Source: a virus
IMG/VR virus record: IMGVR_UViG_3300028920_000044
Coordinates: 45,195-109,194 of that record
Length of the DNA: 64,000 nt
Direction: 5' to 3' (one strand)
Under the pieces are notes generated by a model. It was given only the letters and a program-made list of their open reading frames with translations, was not told the origin of the DNA and did not search any database. Shown here piece after piece: positions 40,869-50,478 of this stretch (positions are counted from its first letter, which is position 1; every line of letters begins with the position of its first letter). Made by a program: the position numbers and the translations under genes.

Positions 40869-42304
40869 AACATAGTCCCCTCATTTATTGCAATATTCAA
40901 AGCTGCACAACTCTGCTTTGTAGGTTCCTCTTCGACAAATTGAATCATTAATGGATTGATTAATGATGGTTTAAAATCAGTAGTCCACTGTCCTGGTGTT
41001 ACTTCGAAACAAACCTTATTTGCTTCTTTATCATATGATAAATAAGGATAGTTTGAAACCAAGTTACCTTTTGTTGTTATGAAGTTATACTTATATCCTC
41101 GTTTAAGCTCAAAGTCTCTTATATCAAATGAAACACAAAATACAACTCGATCTTGAGTTATTTGAGGAGATATGTCATCAGGATCATACACTATAAATGT
41201 TCGTTTAATGAATGTCTTTGGTTTATCAAATAAATAGGTTTTTTGATTGCTCTTTAAATAAATGGGGCCAACTACTGATCCTCTACGAATATTCTCATAT
41301 TCAGCATCTACATAATATTTAATACCATTTGAGAGTCTAACCCATACAGGAATACCATTCTCGACAATCCAATCACCATCAATTGGACCATCAGCCACTA
41401 CATAGTTAAACCCAGAAAATTTATCAATCCATACTAAACGCCCTTGGTCATCAACTATCCATCTTCCCTGAGAAGTTGGATTCTTAGGAATAGGCGACCC
41501 TAAGTCTCCTTCTAAATTCGTTTCTCTGAAAGCGTTAAACAGCTTTTGCATAGGATAGTCAACGATTGGTTCATGACCAAATCGACTATAATGTAAATTT
41601 ATTGTCTCCGTTATTTCTGGATCAATATCATTAAAAAGATACATAGGCATCTGAGTTAAAAAATTAACCTCCATATTAACCGGAAACGACCTAGTACTGG
41701 CGTCAGTAATCGAAGTACTAATACTCTCAAGACGTATGTGTGGCTTGTAACTCATGGAGTAACAATACTCAACTTGGCCCTTATTTTCGTTTAGTTTCGT
41801 AAATAAGTTAATGATCTTATGCCCATTATTTTTTATCCCAAGGGTTTCAAGATATTGGTATGGTATCTCTAAGAAGGAAGTGTACTCAAGAAATTGAATA
41901 TACTTATTGACTGGAAGATACCGTTTAATCATAAACTCGATATCCTTTGCCTGTAATTGCGACTCACAATTAATTATTATAGTTATAGAACTTTGAACAT
42001 GTTCTTCTTGCAGCTTTACCATTCGTCTGTTTTCAGTATTATATAGCGCTACGTGTTGCATTTTATTTTCTGGACCAAATTGTTGAATTACATTTGGTCT
42101 TTCAGCGAATATATAATGATCATCATTAAGCGTTACGATGCATGCAGGAAATTCAAAATTCGGCTTGTAATCTTTATCTACGGCAAAGGATCGATTAGCA
42201 ATATTGAAGTCATACGATTTAATTGTATTATTACCGAATATGTGCTTATCAAACATCGTACGAACAGATAATAGCAAATCTGAATAATAATTGTGTATTT
42301 TCAT
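40865..42304 (-). CDS. Hypothetical virion protein (479 aa), possibly neck/tail-completion
   Basis: Long ORF; FPACIVTL and internal duplicated G.W.V...G..VW unit. Confidence 0.6.
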   Translation of the reverse strand: MKIHNYYSDLLLSVRTMFDKHIFGNNTIKSYDFNIANRSFAVDKDYKPNFEFPACIVTLNDDHYIFAERPNVIQQFGPENKMQHVALYNTENRRMVKLQEEHVQSSITIIINCESQLQAKDIEFMIKRYLPVNKYIQFLEYTSFLEIPYQYLETLGIKNNGHKIINLFTKLNENKGQVEYCYSMSYKPHIRLESISTSITDASTRSFPVNMEVNFLTQMPMYLFNDIDPEITETINLHYSRFGHEPIVDYPMQKLFNAFRETNLEGDLGSPIPKNPTSQGRWIVDDQGRLVWIDKFSGFNYVVADGPIDGDWIVENGIPVWVRLSNGIKYYVDAEYENIRRGSVVGPIYLKSNQKTYLFDKPKTFIKRTFIVYDPDDISPQITQDRVVFCVSFDIRDFELKRGYKYNFITTKGNLVSNYPYLSYDKEANKVCFEVTPGQWTTDFKPSLINPLMIQFVEEEPTKQSCAALNIAINEGTML

Positions 42305-42316
42305 ATATACTCTCTT

Positions 42317-42721
42317 TTATGCTGCCCGTCTTTGAGGGAATACAGAAGCCATAATTCCAGATTTTGTAGTCCTAGGTTTTCTACCTTTAATAACCGTAAA
42401 ATCTTTTCTTCGAGTATCAGGAACATTTGTTTGCCGTACAGATTTTTCAATCTGTTTTTGAGCTGCAGCTGTACTATCAATAGTATGTTGCCTAGATAAT
42501 CTATCACCAACAGCGGCTTTCATATTAGTAAGATTCGATGATGCTTCCATACTTCTAAGTTTATGCTTCAAGTTCTTTTGCATACCTGGTAAATATTTCT
42601 TGACTCCACCACCGAAACTTGAATCTAAATCCTTAGCTAATCCAACATTAAGGCGAGCTTTATTTTTACCATACTTTTCGACTTCTGATGAAAACCTTTC
42701 TATTAAAGGTGTATTGTACAT
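42317..42721 (-). CDS. Basic hypothetical protein
   Basis: 134 aa, GGAG RBS. Confidence 0.6.
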   Translation of the reverse strand: MYNTPLIERFSSEVEKYGKNKARLNVGLAKDLDSSFGGGVKKYLPGMQKNLKHKLRSMEASSNLTNMKAAVGDRLSRQHTIDSTAAAQKQIEKSVRQTNVPDTRRKDFTVIKGRKPRTTKSGIMASVFPQRRAA

Positions 42722-42729
42722 ATATTCTC

Positions 42730-42954
42730 CTAACGCAGCTTATTATTCATAACTGCGGCAGCTCTCAAGAGGGCTGGATTTCTCGAAGGTAATGTTGTAG
42801 GCATTACTTCTTTCCTTCGAAAAGGTCTCTTCAGCAGTTGGGCTCCAGTGTGCGCAACATCTCTGAAACTAGGAACACTCATCTCATCAACATTATAGTC
42901 TTCATTTTTAGAAAAATTTAACGGGTCGTTAAACAAATACGATACAGGTATCAT
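42730..42954 (-). CDS. MIxISxLF-tag small protein
   Basis: MIPVSYLFND. Confidence 0.65.
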   Translation of the reverse strand: MIPVSYLFNDPLNFSKNEDYNVDEMSVPSFRDVAHTGAQLLKRPFRRKEVMPTTLPSRNPALLRAAAVMNNKLR

Positions 42955-43688
42955 TTTAAGTCTTCCTCCATTAATTCAGATAATAATTTAATTTTTTCAA
43001 ATATTTCATTCTGATATTCAGTACGGTACCTTACTCTAAACTCAAAATAAGTTTTTTGTATATCAGGCCAATGTCCATAATCAAATGACAATGATACTTC
43101 ATATACCATCTTTTCAAAATCGTACTCCTTATAAAGTATTTCTAAATTCTTATCAAATGATTTACTTAAAGAATGCAAACAATCTAGATTATCTGCTGTA
43201 AATAAAACATAAAGAGTACCACTATTTTGATGTCCATGCCCTTCACACGATGAAAATGTTGTTATTCCAGGAAACATATTAATAGTAGCACATAAAGGAG
43301 CAACCTCTAGATCAATTCCTATAGAATCTTCAAGACCTCCACCACATTGATCACCCTTTCTTGTACTTACATGTGGTAAAAGATTCTTCAATACTATCAA
43401 TCCTTCTTCTGGGCAACCTAAATCTCTTAGATCCTTATATTCTAATTCATAGCATTCTAAATATGCAACTACAAAATTAAAGAGAGTTTCACCATTTAGA
43501 CTTCCATAAGGACCAATCATCATAAAATTTTTATTCTTCCTAACTCTATCAGTCTTTACATTTAAACTATTTAATTCTTTAATGTCAATAAGATAATAAT
43601 TTATTACTTTTGATAAATGTTCAATATCAATCAGATATTCGTCCTGTTTGAGAACTATATTGTAGCTGTACTTGTATATCTCTATCAT
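42951..43688 (-). CDS. Protein with T.SSCEGH motif (TYW3-like fold, function unknown)
   Basis: ID.EVAPL...IN..PGITTFSSCEGH. Confidence 0.6.
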   Translation of the reverse strand: MIEIYKYSYNIVLKQDEYLIDIEHLSKVINYYLIDIKELNSLNVKTDRVRKNKNFMMIGPYGSLNGETLFNFVVAYLECYELEYKDLRDLGCPEEGLIVLKNLLPHVSTRKGDQCGGGLEDSIGIDLEVAPLCATINMFPGITTFSSCEGHGHQNSGTLYVLFTADNLDCLHSLSKSFDKNLEILYKEYDFEKMVYEVSLSFDYGHWPDIQKTYFEFRVRYRTEYQNEIFEKIKLLSELMEEDLK

Positions 43689-43842
43689 TTAAAATCCTTA
43701 TATTAGATAGTATTTCGTTACGTCTATCGCATCCTGAGCGTCGCTCTTTGCCTCCACGAACAAAATAAGTGAGATCCAAAAATTTTCTTCTATTCTCTTG
43801 CCTCCGTCTCTCCGATATTCCCTTCCGTTTTTGGGTCTTCAT
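43627..43842 (-). CDS. Arg-rich ERR/DRR-repeat small protein
   Basis: ERRRQENRR...ERRSGCDRR; overlaps both neighbours. Confidence 0.5.
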   Translation of the reverse strand: MKTQKRKGISERRRQENRRKFLDLTYFVRGGKERRSGCDRRNEILSNIRILNDRDIQVQLQYSSQTGRISD

Positions 43843-44152
43843 CTGGTAACCTTACGCCTAAGAACACAGCTAACCTTCTTCTAATTTCGTTATCAATTGT
43901 CGTTGAATTAAAGTAAATACCAATATCAAATACCCCATTCGCTATTTCTTGACATCTAAGTGCAGTTGATTTAAAATTTGCATCTCCATCAGGTAATTGT
44001 AGCGTCGTGTCTAATTCAGTTAACCGAGGGATATCTCGACTTGATGTACAACTTAATCCACCCATACTTATGTTCTTGGTCTGACAGTATACACCATCAA
44101 GAATCACTGTTAATACTTCATTCTTCCTCACAGCCGTTCTATTATCAGACAT
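43790..44152 (-). CDS. PilZ domain protein
   Basis: DNRTAVR; TKNISMGGL; LRC; IGIYF. Confidence 0.85.
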   Translation of the reverse strand: MSDNRTAVRKNEVLTVILDGVYCQTKNISMGGLSCTSSRDIPRLTELDTTLQLPDGDANFKSTALRCQEIANGVFDIGIYFNSTTIDNEIRRRLAVFLGVRLPDEDPKTEGNIGETEARE

Positions 44153-44156
44153 GTTA

Positions 44157-44339
44157 TCACCTAAGGCTAGAGTATCTACTCAATACTTTATTTTGATATA
44201 TTGTAAATAATCCTTTTTTCTTCTCTCTCTTTACTGGATCAGGTTCCTTTTTAATGGCATCAGCCATTGCAGGAATTACTTTTGTAGGCTTACTTAAATT
44301 AGCTGCTTTACCATCAAATATATGACTAATTGAAATCAT
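44157..44339 (-). CDS. MIxISxLF-tag small protein
   Basis: MISISHIFD. Confidence 0.65.
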   Translation of the reverse strand: MISISHIFDGKAANLSKPTKVIPAMADAIKKEPDPVKREKKKGLFTIYQNKVLSRYSSLR

Positions 44340-44803
44340 TATGACACACTCCTCGCAAATGTTTTAGCGACATCTCTCGCTTTCTCATCTGTTTTAATAA
44401 TAAACGGTTTGCTTATTCTATCGAATCCACTTGTTTTATTAGTAATCTTATCACCTATACCAAAAGAAGCAATAGCTCGATGACTCCATCCAAACCATTT
44501 ACCACTCGCCGCTTTACCGAATGAATCTACTGAACTGTTCATAGTTTGTCTTTCTCCTCTAATTCCTAACCACTGAGGATAAGTCGACAATGGATGCCCT
44601 TTAGAGTCTTTTGGTACATTCTTAACAGTTCGATCTTCTGGTGCAATTTTAGTAACAAAATATTGATTGCGTTTAAACTTCTTCATCCTATTTGTTTTAG
44701 GATTAAAGTCTTTAACCTTCTTTTTCTTTCTTTTAACAACAGCATATTCACCAGATTTAAGATCTGGCTTTTTATCTTCAAATAACCAAGATATAGTAAT
44801 CAT
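44339..44803 (-). CDS. MIxISxLFE-tag protein with WxGWSHRA phage domain
   Basis: MITISWLFE; KWFGWSHRAIASFGIGD...AKTFARSVS. Confidence 0.7.
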   Translation of the reverse strand: MITISWLFEDKKPDLKSGEYAVVKRKKKKVKDFNPKTNRMKKFKRNQYFVTKIAPEDRTVKNVPKDSKGHPLSTYPQWLGIRGERQTMNSSVDSFGKAASGKWFGWSHRAIASFGIGDKITNKTSGFDRISKPFIIKTDEKARDVAKTFARSVS

Positions 44804-44812
44804 CGTTTATCC

Positions 44813-45151
44813 TTATGCCGCGCTTTTAGTAATTCTAGGCATGTTAGTTTTACGCCTTTCAATACCTTTATATGGTTTAACTTTAAGGGTCTTAGGCTCC
44901 AATTCTTTCCTTGCCCTTCGTATCATATTTGTAGCTCCGCCAATAGCAGCATTACCGAATCTCATCATTTGTGTTCTATGTTTAGTTGGAACCATACTAG
45001 GATCTGCACCAGCTGCAAATCCAGACACTCTCCTACCTTCCTTAGACATAACATTAGAGATCCCTAAGTAATCATTTCTCTTTTTAAAAGTTTTAATCTG
45101 TGCTTTGGCGCTAGGACTATATTTCTCAAATAACCATCCTACTGTTATCAT
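44813..45151 (-). CDS. MIxISxLFE-tag basic protein
   Basis: MITVGWLFE. Confidence 0.7.
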   Translation of the reverse strand: MITVGWLFEKYSPSAKAQIKTFKKRNDYLGISNVMSKEGRRVSGFAAGADPSMVPTKHRTQMMRFGNAAIGGATNMIRRARKELEPKTLKVKPYKGIERRKTNMPRITKSAA

Positions 45152-45252
45152 AATATATCCTTATAATTAATTACAAACTTATACCTTTTAAGATCAACTA
45201 AATTTAATCCTATAGTGGGAATTGCTTCAAATAACCAAGATATTGATATCAT
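45148..45252 (-). CDS. 34-aa MIxISxLFE-tag peptide, not in ORF track
   Basis: MISISWLFEAIPTIGLNLVDLKRYKFVINYKDIL; AAGGA RBS; ATGA overlap with next gene. Confidence 0.65.
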   Translation of the reverse strand: MISISWLFEAIPTIGLNLVDLKRYKFVINYKDIL

Positions 45253-45255
45253 TGT

Positions 45256-45807
45256 TTATCCTTTAGCATGATCAAACTTAACAAGTTTGAAGAACTCTTG
45301 ACCTGTCATACGTGGTTTAAGTTTTCTTGGATCAATTTCAACAGAGTTATATCCTTTGCCACCCTTTTGTACCTTCTCCATAAAAGAATATACTAATCGA
45401 ATTATTTGATCTATATTATTAAATGGCCCACGTATACCTCTAAATTTAGCAAATGAATGTTCGAAATACATCCACTTATCAATTTGCTTATACGCTACAA
45501 ATGAATGACAACTGGTATAATATTGCTGTATGTGAATTAATTTATGTTCACGATTCCATTTCTTAAAGAAGTAATGTTCAAACCATGTCTGCTCGTAACA
45601 TGTACCTATCTTATATTTATACACTTCTTCAGGAGTAGCTATAACACATTTATTCCACCAAAGATCAGGATCGTCAAAATCAGTATACTTTTTATGGTTC
45701 TTATCCATCCAACCATATTTGATACGATCCATCCATTTTAATAATTCTTCTGGAGTCTTGATATCTAGCATATTCAGCATCTCAAATAAACATTGGATAG
45801 GTATCAT
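45256..45807 (-). CDS. Transglutaminase-like (Cys-His) protein with N-terminal tag
   Basis: MIPIQCLFE; PEEV...KIGTCYEQ; HSFVAY; WMYFE. Confidence 0.65.
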   Translation of the reverse strand: MIPIQCLFEMLNMLDIKTPEELLKWMDRIKYGWMDKNHKKYTDFDDPDLWWNKCVIATPEEVYKYKIGTCYEQTWFEHYFFKKWNREHKLIHIQQYYTSCHSFVAYKQIDKWMYFEHSFAKFRGIRGPFNNIDQIIRLVYSFMEKVQKGGKGYNSVEIDPRKLKPRMTGQEFFKLVKFDHAKG

Positions 45808-46205
45808 TGTTTGTCCTTCGCTTCTCTTGCTCTATTTATAAGTCGTTCAGCATCTTCTATATCACCTATTGCTCGTCTAAATACATCTAGAAATATTGAA
45901 TTAACATGCTGATCAATCTTATAGCTTTTCTTACCAACATTATTCTCTATTAAAGAAGAAACAATTCCCTTTTTATAAAAAGCAATAAATGAAGCTCTTA
46001 TACAATTCACTGCAACATATTGTGCCATTGTTGGCATACAGGAGTTTGATAATTGCTTTTCTTTATTCGCACACTTATCAATATACTTATCAATATATTT
46101 CGAGTAGAACTGTTCTAATTTCTGAGTTTCACTGTTCGCTGGAATAGCTAAAGACATAAGAGAAATGAATATAAAAAACACTGATATATCTATTAACTTT
46201 AACAT
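45804..46205 (-). CDS. Exported hypothetical protein (signal peptide), resembling Desulfobacterales proteins
   Basis: N-terminal signal helix; YIDKYIDKC..K...A.F...K..I...L.E.NVG.K.YKI. Confidence 0.55.
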   Translation of the reverse strand: MLKLIDISVFFIFISLMSLAIPANSETQKLEQFYSKYIDKYIDKCANKEKQLSNSCMPTMAQYVAVNCIRASFIAFYKKGIVSSLIENNVGKKSYKIDQHVNSIFLDVFRRAIGDIEDAERLINRAREAKDKQ

Positions 46206-46230
46206 TTCTCAATCCCTCCAGTCAGTTGAT

Positions 46231-46554
46231 TTAGGCCCCTGCAACATTTGTTTTCTCGTCGTAATTTGCATTCCCCACAAATTTATCTGCGTCTTTATCG
46301 ACATCAGACTCTCCAGATAATTCTGGATCTACTTTAGCATTATCAGCGGTAATACTACCACCTTGAAAATGTTGCGCAATTCTTTTCTTTGCTACACTTG
46401 ATAAATTGATAGGAATATTCACAGCAGGATATTTAGAAGTATATCCCCTTTTAGTGAATTGAAATACGTCATTTTCTCCTATCCTCCGAAGTCCTTTCAC
46501 TAGGATTAAAGCACCTAACCCTGATGAAATTCCCAAAGCTTCTAATTTCGTCAT
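46231..46554 (-). CDS. GxxxGLGA-family membrane peptide
   Basis: GISSGLGALILVKGLRR. Confidence 0.65.
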   Translation of the reverse strand: MTKLEALGISSGLGALILVKGLRRIGENDVFQFTKRGYTSKYPAVNIPINLSSVAKKRIAQHFQGGSITADNAKVDPELSGESDVDKDADKFVGNANYDEKTNVAGA

Positions 46555-46558
46555 AAGC

Positions 46559-47611
46559 CTACTCCTTTAAAGATTCAAGAAAATCATTAAAATCATTAAA
46601 ACCATACAATACATCAAATGCAGCATCCGCACATTCTTCATCATACAGTATACCTCTGTTTTTATTTATTTCATCTAACGCTACCGCAACTCCAAGAGCA
46701 GGCCTATATGGTCTATGTGTTGACATCGATTCGATTACATCACTAACAGCAATAATCTTGGATGAAAACAAAATGTCATCACCTTTTAATCCTTGTGGGT
46801 AACCAGACCCATTTATTCTCTCGTGATGTTGATGTACTATTTCAGAAACATCACAAGGTAACAGATCTTTAAATGGAATGTTTTTAATTATATCGTATCC
46901 TACATCTGAATGGTCTTTAATCAAAGCAAACTCATTCTTACTCAATTTTGATGGTTTAGTCAAAATATCAGAAGGTATAGATATCTTACCAATATCATGC
47001 ATTAAGCCAGCAATACGAACACAATCAACTCTATCTTCTTTTAATCCAAGAATCTTAGCCATTTCAACAGATAATTGTGTAACCCTTTCTTGATGTCCCG
47101 CAGTATAAGGATCTCTAGCTTCCGTTACTTTGGAGAGAGTTCTAATTGTTTGATCTAATACATTAATTACTTCTTGAGTTTTTTCTTTCACTTCTCTCTC
47201 TAAATTTATCTTATAATTCTCTTGGTGTACTAAGAGTTGATATTTTTCAATACAATTATTGACGGTGTGCAGTAACAAATCAAAATTAACCGGTTTCATT
47301 AAATAATCACAGGCACCATGTCTAAGAGAATCTACTATATCCTGCATTGAACCAGCACCAGAGAACATAACAACTTGGTGTTTTGGATAATCACTTTTAA
47401 TAAGTGCCAAAAGTTGAACACCAGTCAATCTTGGCATATCAATATCAGTAAGCGTTACAATTGGCGTATATTGATTAAATAATCTTAAACCTTCCTCCCC
47501 ATCGTTTGCTGTAATGACTTCGAACCCATTCCCCTCCAAGAAATGTTTTATTGGTTCTACTACCAACGGTTCATCATCAATCAAAAGAATCTTAAAGGGT
47601 TCATTCATCAC
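46559..47611 (-). CDS. Response regulator with HD-GYP domain (c-di-GMP phosphodiesterase, RpfG-like)
   Basis: REC (LLIDDE, TDIDMP, MKP); EARDPYTAGHQERV; MHDIGK; HHERINGSGYPQGL; HRPYR. Confidence 0.93.
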   Translation of the reverse strand: MMNEPFKILLIDDEPLVVEPIKHFLEGNGFEVITANDGEEGLRLFNQYTPIVTLTDIDMPRLTGVQLLALIKSDYPKHQVVMFSGAGSMQDIVDSLRHGACDYLMKPVNFDLLLHTVNNCIEKYQLLVHQENYKINLEREVKEKTQEVINVLDQTIRTLSKVTEARDPYTAGHQERVTQLSVEMAKILGLKEDRVDCVRIAGLMHDIGKISIPSDILTKPSKLSKNEFALIKDHSDVGYDIIKNIPFKDLLPCDVSEIVHQHHERINGSGYPQGLKGDDILFSSKIIAVSDVIESMSTHRPYRPALGVAVALDEINKNRGILYDEECADAAFDVLYGFNDFNDFLESLKE

Positions 47612-47985
47612 ATTAATACTCCATCTAATATTTTGTCTATTTGATCAAATTCCCAATGGGGGATTCGCAATAATCCCATACCCTTTTCTTCAATATAGGA
47701 GTTCTTAATTTGATCATTAATTTTAGTTCGTTCGTGAACATATTTAGCTTTATATCCTTTATTTACTGGATCGTAATGGTGCTCACCATCGAATTCAATT
47801 AATATATTATGGTCTGGTAAATAAAAGTCAAATCTTAATGGCTTTCTTCCTGTTCTTCCAAGACAATCTTTAAATGTCTTTTCCATCTCAAATGTCACTC
47901 GACGTTGTTCAAGTGATTGTGCAATCTTTAGTTCTCCTTTTGAGACTTTCTTGCCCTTATAATATCTTCTCTTTTTAGGCATCAT
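47608..47985 (-). CDS. Vsr/DUF559-like endonuclease
   Basis: SKGE..I; LRFDFYLP; ILIEFDGEHH; D..KN.Y; LLRIP. Confidence 0.8.
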   Translation of the reverse strand: MMPKKRRYYKGKKVSKGELKIAQSLEQRRVTFEMEKTFKDCLGRTGRKPLRFDFYLPDHNILIEFDGEHHYDPVNKGYKAKYVHERTKINDQIKNSYIEEKGMGLLRIPHWEFDQIDKILDGVLM

Positions 47986-47991
47986 ATACCT

Positions 47992-48297
47992 CTAAATATT
48001 CAAACATGTTTCTAAATCCATTCTAACACTCGATGTCGGAGAAAGAGGATCAAACTTAATTGCAGTCGAATACTCCCTTTTATCCAGTTTAACACACCGA
48101 TTACAAAGCCCCGTAAGGTTAATATCACCCGAAGGTAAACTTAAAATGATAGTTAATAATGATCCTTTTTCGATAAATTTATTAGTTCGACACATTACTC
48201 CACTCAAACTAATATCTTTTGTTTTGCCAAGAATTTGGTCATTTATTTTTATATTTAATTCTTGACATGCTCGGTTAAAGAATCTTTGATCATTCAT
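47992..48297 (-). CDS. PilZ domain protein
   Basis: Start MNDQRFFNR (GAGGA RBS); TKDISLSGV; RC; AIKF. Confidence 0.8.
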   Translation of the reverse strand: MNDQRFFNRACQELNIKINDQILGKTKDISLSGVMCRTNKFIEKGSLLTIILSLPSGDINLTGLCNRCVKLDKREYSTAIKFDPLSPTSSVRMDLETCLNI

Positions 48298-48322
48298 TTT
48301 TCCTCTTTTGCACCTTAAAGAT

Positions 48323-48649
48323 TTAAGACTTGACAGCGTGTCCTTCTTCGACAAGAAGTTCATTAATGTTGGTTTCATCGACCACTAATATACCCAACAC
48401 CCTACCGTATTTACCTCTTTTATCTAACTTGGTTTGAATTGTGAATTTCTCCGGTAACAATTCTTTAAGACGATGTTTAGCGGCAAGCCCTTTCATCTTC
48501 TGAACATCATCCCTTGTTCTTACTTCAGGAGCATTAATTCCGAATAAACGAATTCGACTCTTATAATGCATATCAAAACCTAAATCAATAATAACATCAA
48601 CGGTATCACCGTCAATTATTCTATCTAATTTACAACTATACTCATACAT
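48323..48649 (-). CDS. Thermonuclease (SNase-like)
   Basis: IIDGDT, IRLFGINAPE, KYGRVL, NELLVEEGHA. Confidence 0.9.
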   Translation of the reverse strand: MYEYSCKLDRIIDGDTVDVIIDLGFDMHYKSRIRLFGINAPEVRTRDDVQKMKGLAAKHRLKELLPEKFTIQTKLDKRGKYGRVLGILVVDETNINELLVEEGHAVKS

Positions 48650-48658
48650 CCTTTCACC

Positions 48659-49372
48659 TTATACGTGCGCAAATTTAAGTTTACTAGATTGTTTAGCAGC
48701 CTTTTTGGCAGCTTGTTTCTTTTCAACCATTCTGGCATTGCGTTGTAATTGAAGTGCGGCTCTATCCATTTTTCTTGATTTAGCCGCTTCACTTCCAGCT
48801 TTTTTAGCTACAGAATAGCTTTTTGTACTTACTTTTGAATTAGAACTCCCATCTCTTTGTAACTTCTTATTTAGAAATGCGAGTCGAGTGGCAGCCTTCC
48901 CATGTCTTATAGCTTTATTTGCATGAATTCCCGCCTGGTCTTTAATCTTTTCTGCATGCTTCCTAACTATCTTTCTTCCAAGTTTTGTGCCATATGCAAT
49001 TCTTCTTACACCTTTAACAATAGCTCTACCTACTTTATTTTTACTCATACGATGTGTTAACTTTCGAATTTCACTATGCCGTTTTCCGCCCCAACGTCTT
49101 TCTTGATCTGTGCCCATATCTGCTGCATCTTTAAGATCTTTTTCGATTTGTACTTGTTCACTTCCTGAAAATTTATCAGATTTAGAAATACCTTCCCATA
49201 CAATAGAAAACTCTCTATCAAAATAATTATCTATTTCAGTGATATTATCAGTATCGAGAAAACGCAATACATCTTCAAGGAATGATTCACCATATTTATT
49301 TATACAACACACTGTAATATCTTCAATGATTTGTTCATCAGTGTCAACAAACAAATTTGATATTGTAATCAT
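48659..49372 (-). CDS. Tagged acidic-leader/basic-body protein (paralog of 49386..50129)
   Basis: MITISNLF; shared DEQ.IED.T..C..KYG..FLE and GRA.VKGVRR.AYGTKLGRK. Confidence 0.75.
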   Translation of the reverse strand: MITISNLFVDTDEQIIEDITVCCINKYGESFLEDVLRFLDTDNITEIDNYFDREFSIVWEGISKSDKFSGSEQVQIEKDLKDAADMGTDQERRWGGKRHSEIRKLTHRMSKNKVGRAIVKGVRRIAYGTKLGRKIVRKHAEKIKDQAGIHANKAIRHGKAATRLAFLNKKLQRDGSSNSKVSTKSYSVAKKAGSEAAKSRKMDRAALQLQRNARMVEKKQAAKKAAKQSSKLKFAHV

Positions 49373-49385
49373 ATCAATCTCCTAA

Positions 49386-50129
49386 TTATTTCATTGCAAG
49401 CAAGGGGACATTGCGTTTAGCTTGAGGTTTCATTCTTTTTGTGTTCCCTTGTTTAGCTTTTTGCTTTTTCTCAATAAAGTCAGCGTTTCTTCTTAACTGA
49501 TGTGCTTGTCTTAATTTCTTCGATGCTTGATGAGCATATACTCCAGCGTTACGGCCATGTGCATCAGATGCCATATTATAGGACATAGCAGCACCAAGAT
49601 TCCCAAGATTCCCAAGGGTTGTGTTCTTTGAAATACCTTTTGCTCTTAATGCAGCTCTTAATGACTCTTTCCCATGCTGACCAGCTTTAGTCATTTCTGG
49701 TGATGCCATCTTATCAACAACATCTGCATATTTCCTAACAACTTTTCTTCCTAATTTAGTTCCATATGCTACACGCCGTACTCCTTTAACAACCGCTCTA
49801 CCAATTTTACTTTTACTCAATTGATTCGTAATCTTTCTAATACCTCTTCTTTTACCAGTTAAAGACTCACTAGCTTTTCGTCCAGATTTAATTGAGTCTT
49901 TAACATTCTTTCTTACTTCCCTTTTATCCTCATCATCAAATTCTTCTACTTCAAATAAAGCATTATACTCTTTATCAAAATATTCTTCCATTTCTGTCAT
50001 AATACCAGATTCGAAGAAAGGAATAATGCTTTCGAGAAAACAATCGCCGTATTTATAAAAACAATGTATAGTAAGATCCTCTATTAATTGTTCATCAGGA
50101 TCTATAAATAACTCTGATATTGGAATCAT
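49386..50129 (-). CDS. Tagged acidic-leader/basic-body protein
   Basis: MIPISELF; tandem paralog of 48659..49372. Confidence 0.75.
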   Translation of the reverse strand: MIPISELFIDPDEQLIEDLTIHCFYKYGDCFLESIIPFFESGIMTEMEEYFDKEYNALFEVEEFDDEDKREVRKNVKDSIKSGRKASESLTGKRRGIRKITNQLSKSKIGRAVVKGVRRVAYGTKLGRKVVRKYADVVDKMASPEMTKAGQHGKESLRAALRAKGISKNTTLGNLGNLGAAMSYNMASDAHGRNAGVYAHQASKKLRQAHQLRRNADFIEKKQKAKQGNTKRMKPQAKRNVPLLAMK

Positions 50130-50139
50130 AATAATATCC

Positions 50140-50478
50140 TTACTTTTTCTTCCTTGGAGTAACTACAAATATAGTTTTACCTTTATTATCTTTAAGCTTT
50201 TGTCTAATATCAGCAGCAGTATCTTTGTAAGATTTAGCTTTTATACCTAGGTTGTTAGAATATTTTATTGCTCTTTTTCCACCACCTTGGAATTTCCCAA
50301 TTTTCTTTGCACCATAGGAAAGTCTTTCAGCCCCCTTACCCATCTTTTCTCGAACTTTAGCCCAATCTTTCATTACACTCCGACCTAATTTAGAACGATA
50401 AGGCACCATACTTAATCCTCTAGTAATTGAAGTTCCAATTTTGAACTTTGATTCGAATAAGTAAGATATTGCAATCAT
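50140..50478 (-). CDS. MIxISxLFE-tag basic protein
   Basis: MIAISYLFE; Y.SKLGR.V shared with the two paralogs. Confidence 0.7.
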   Translation of the reverse strand: MIAISYLFESKFKIGTSITRGLSMVPYRSKLGRSVMKDWAKVREKMGKGAERLSYGAKKIGKFQGGGKRAIKYSNNLGIKAKSYKDTAADIRQKLKDNKGKTIFVVTPRKKK

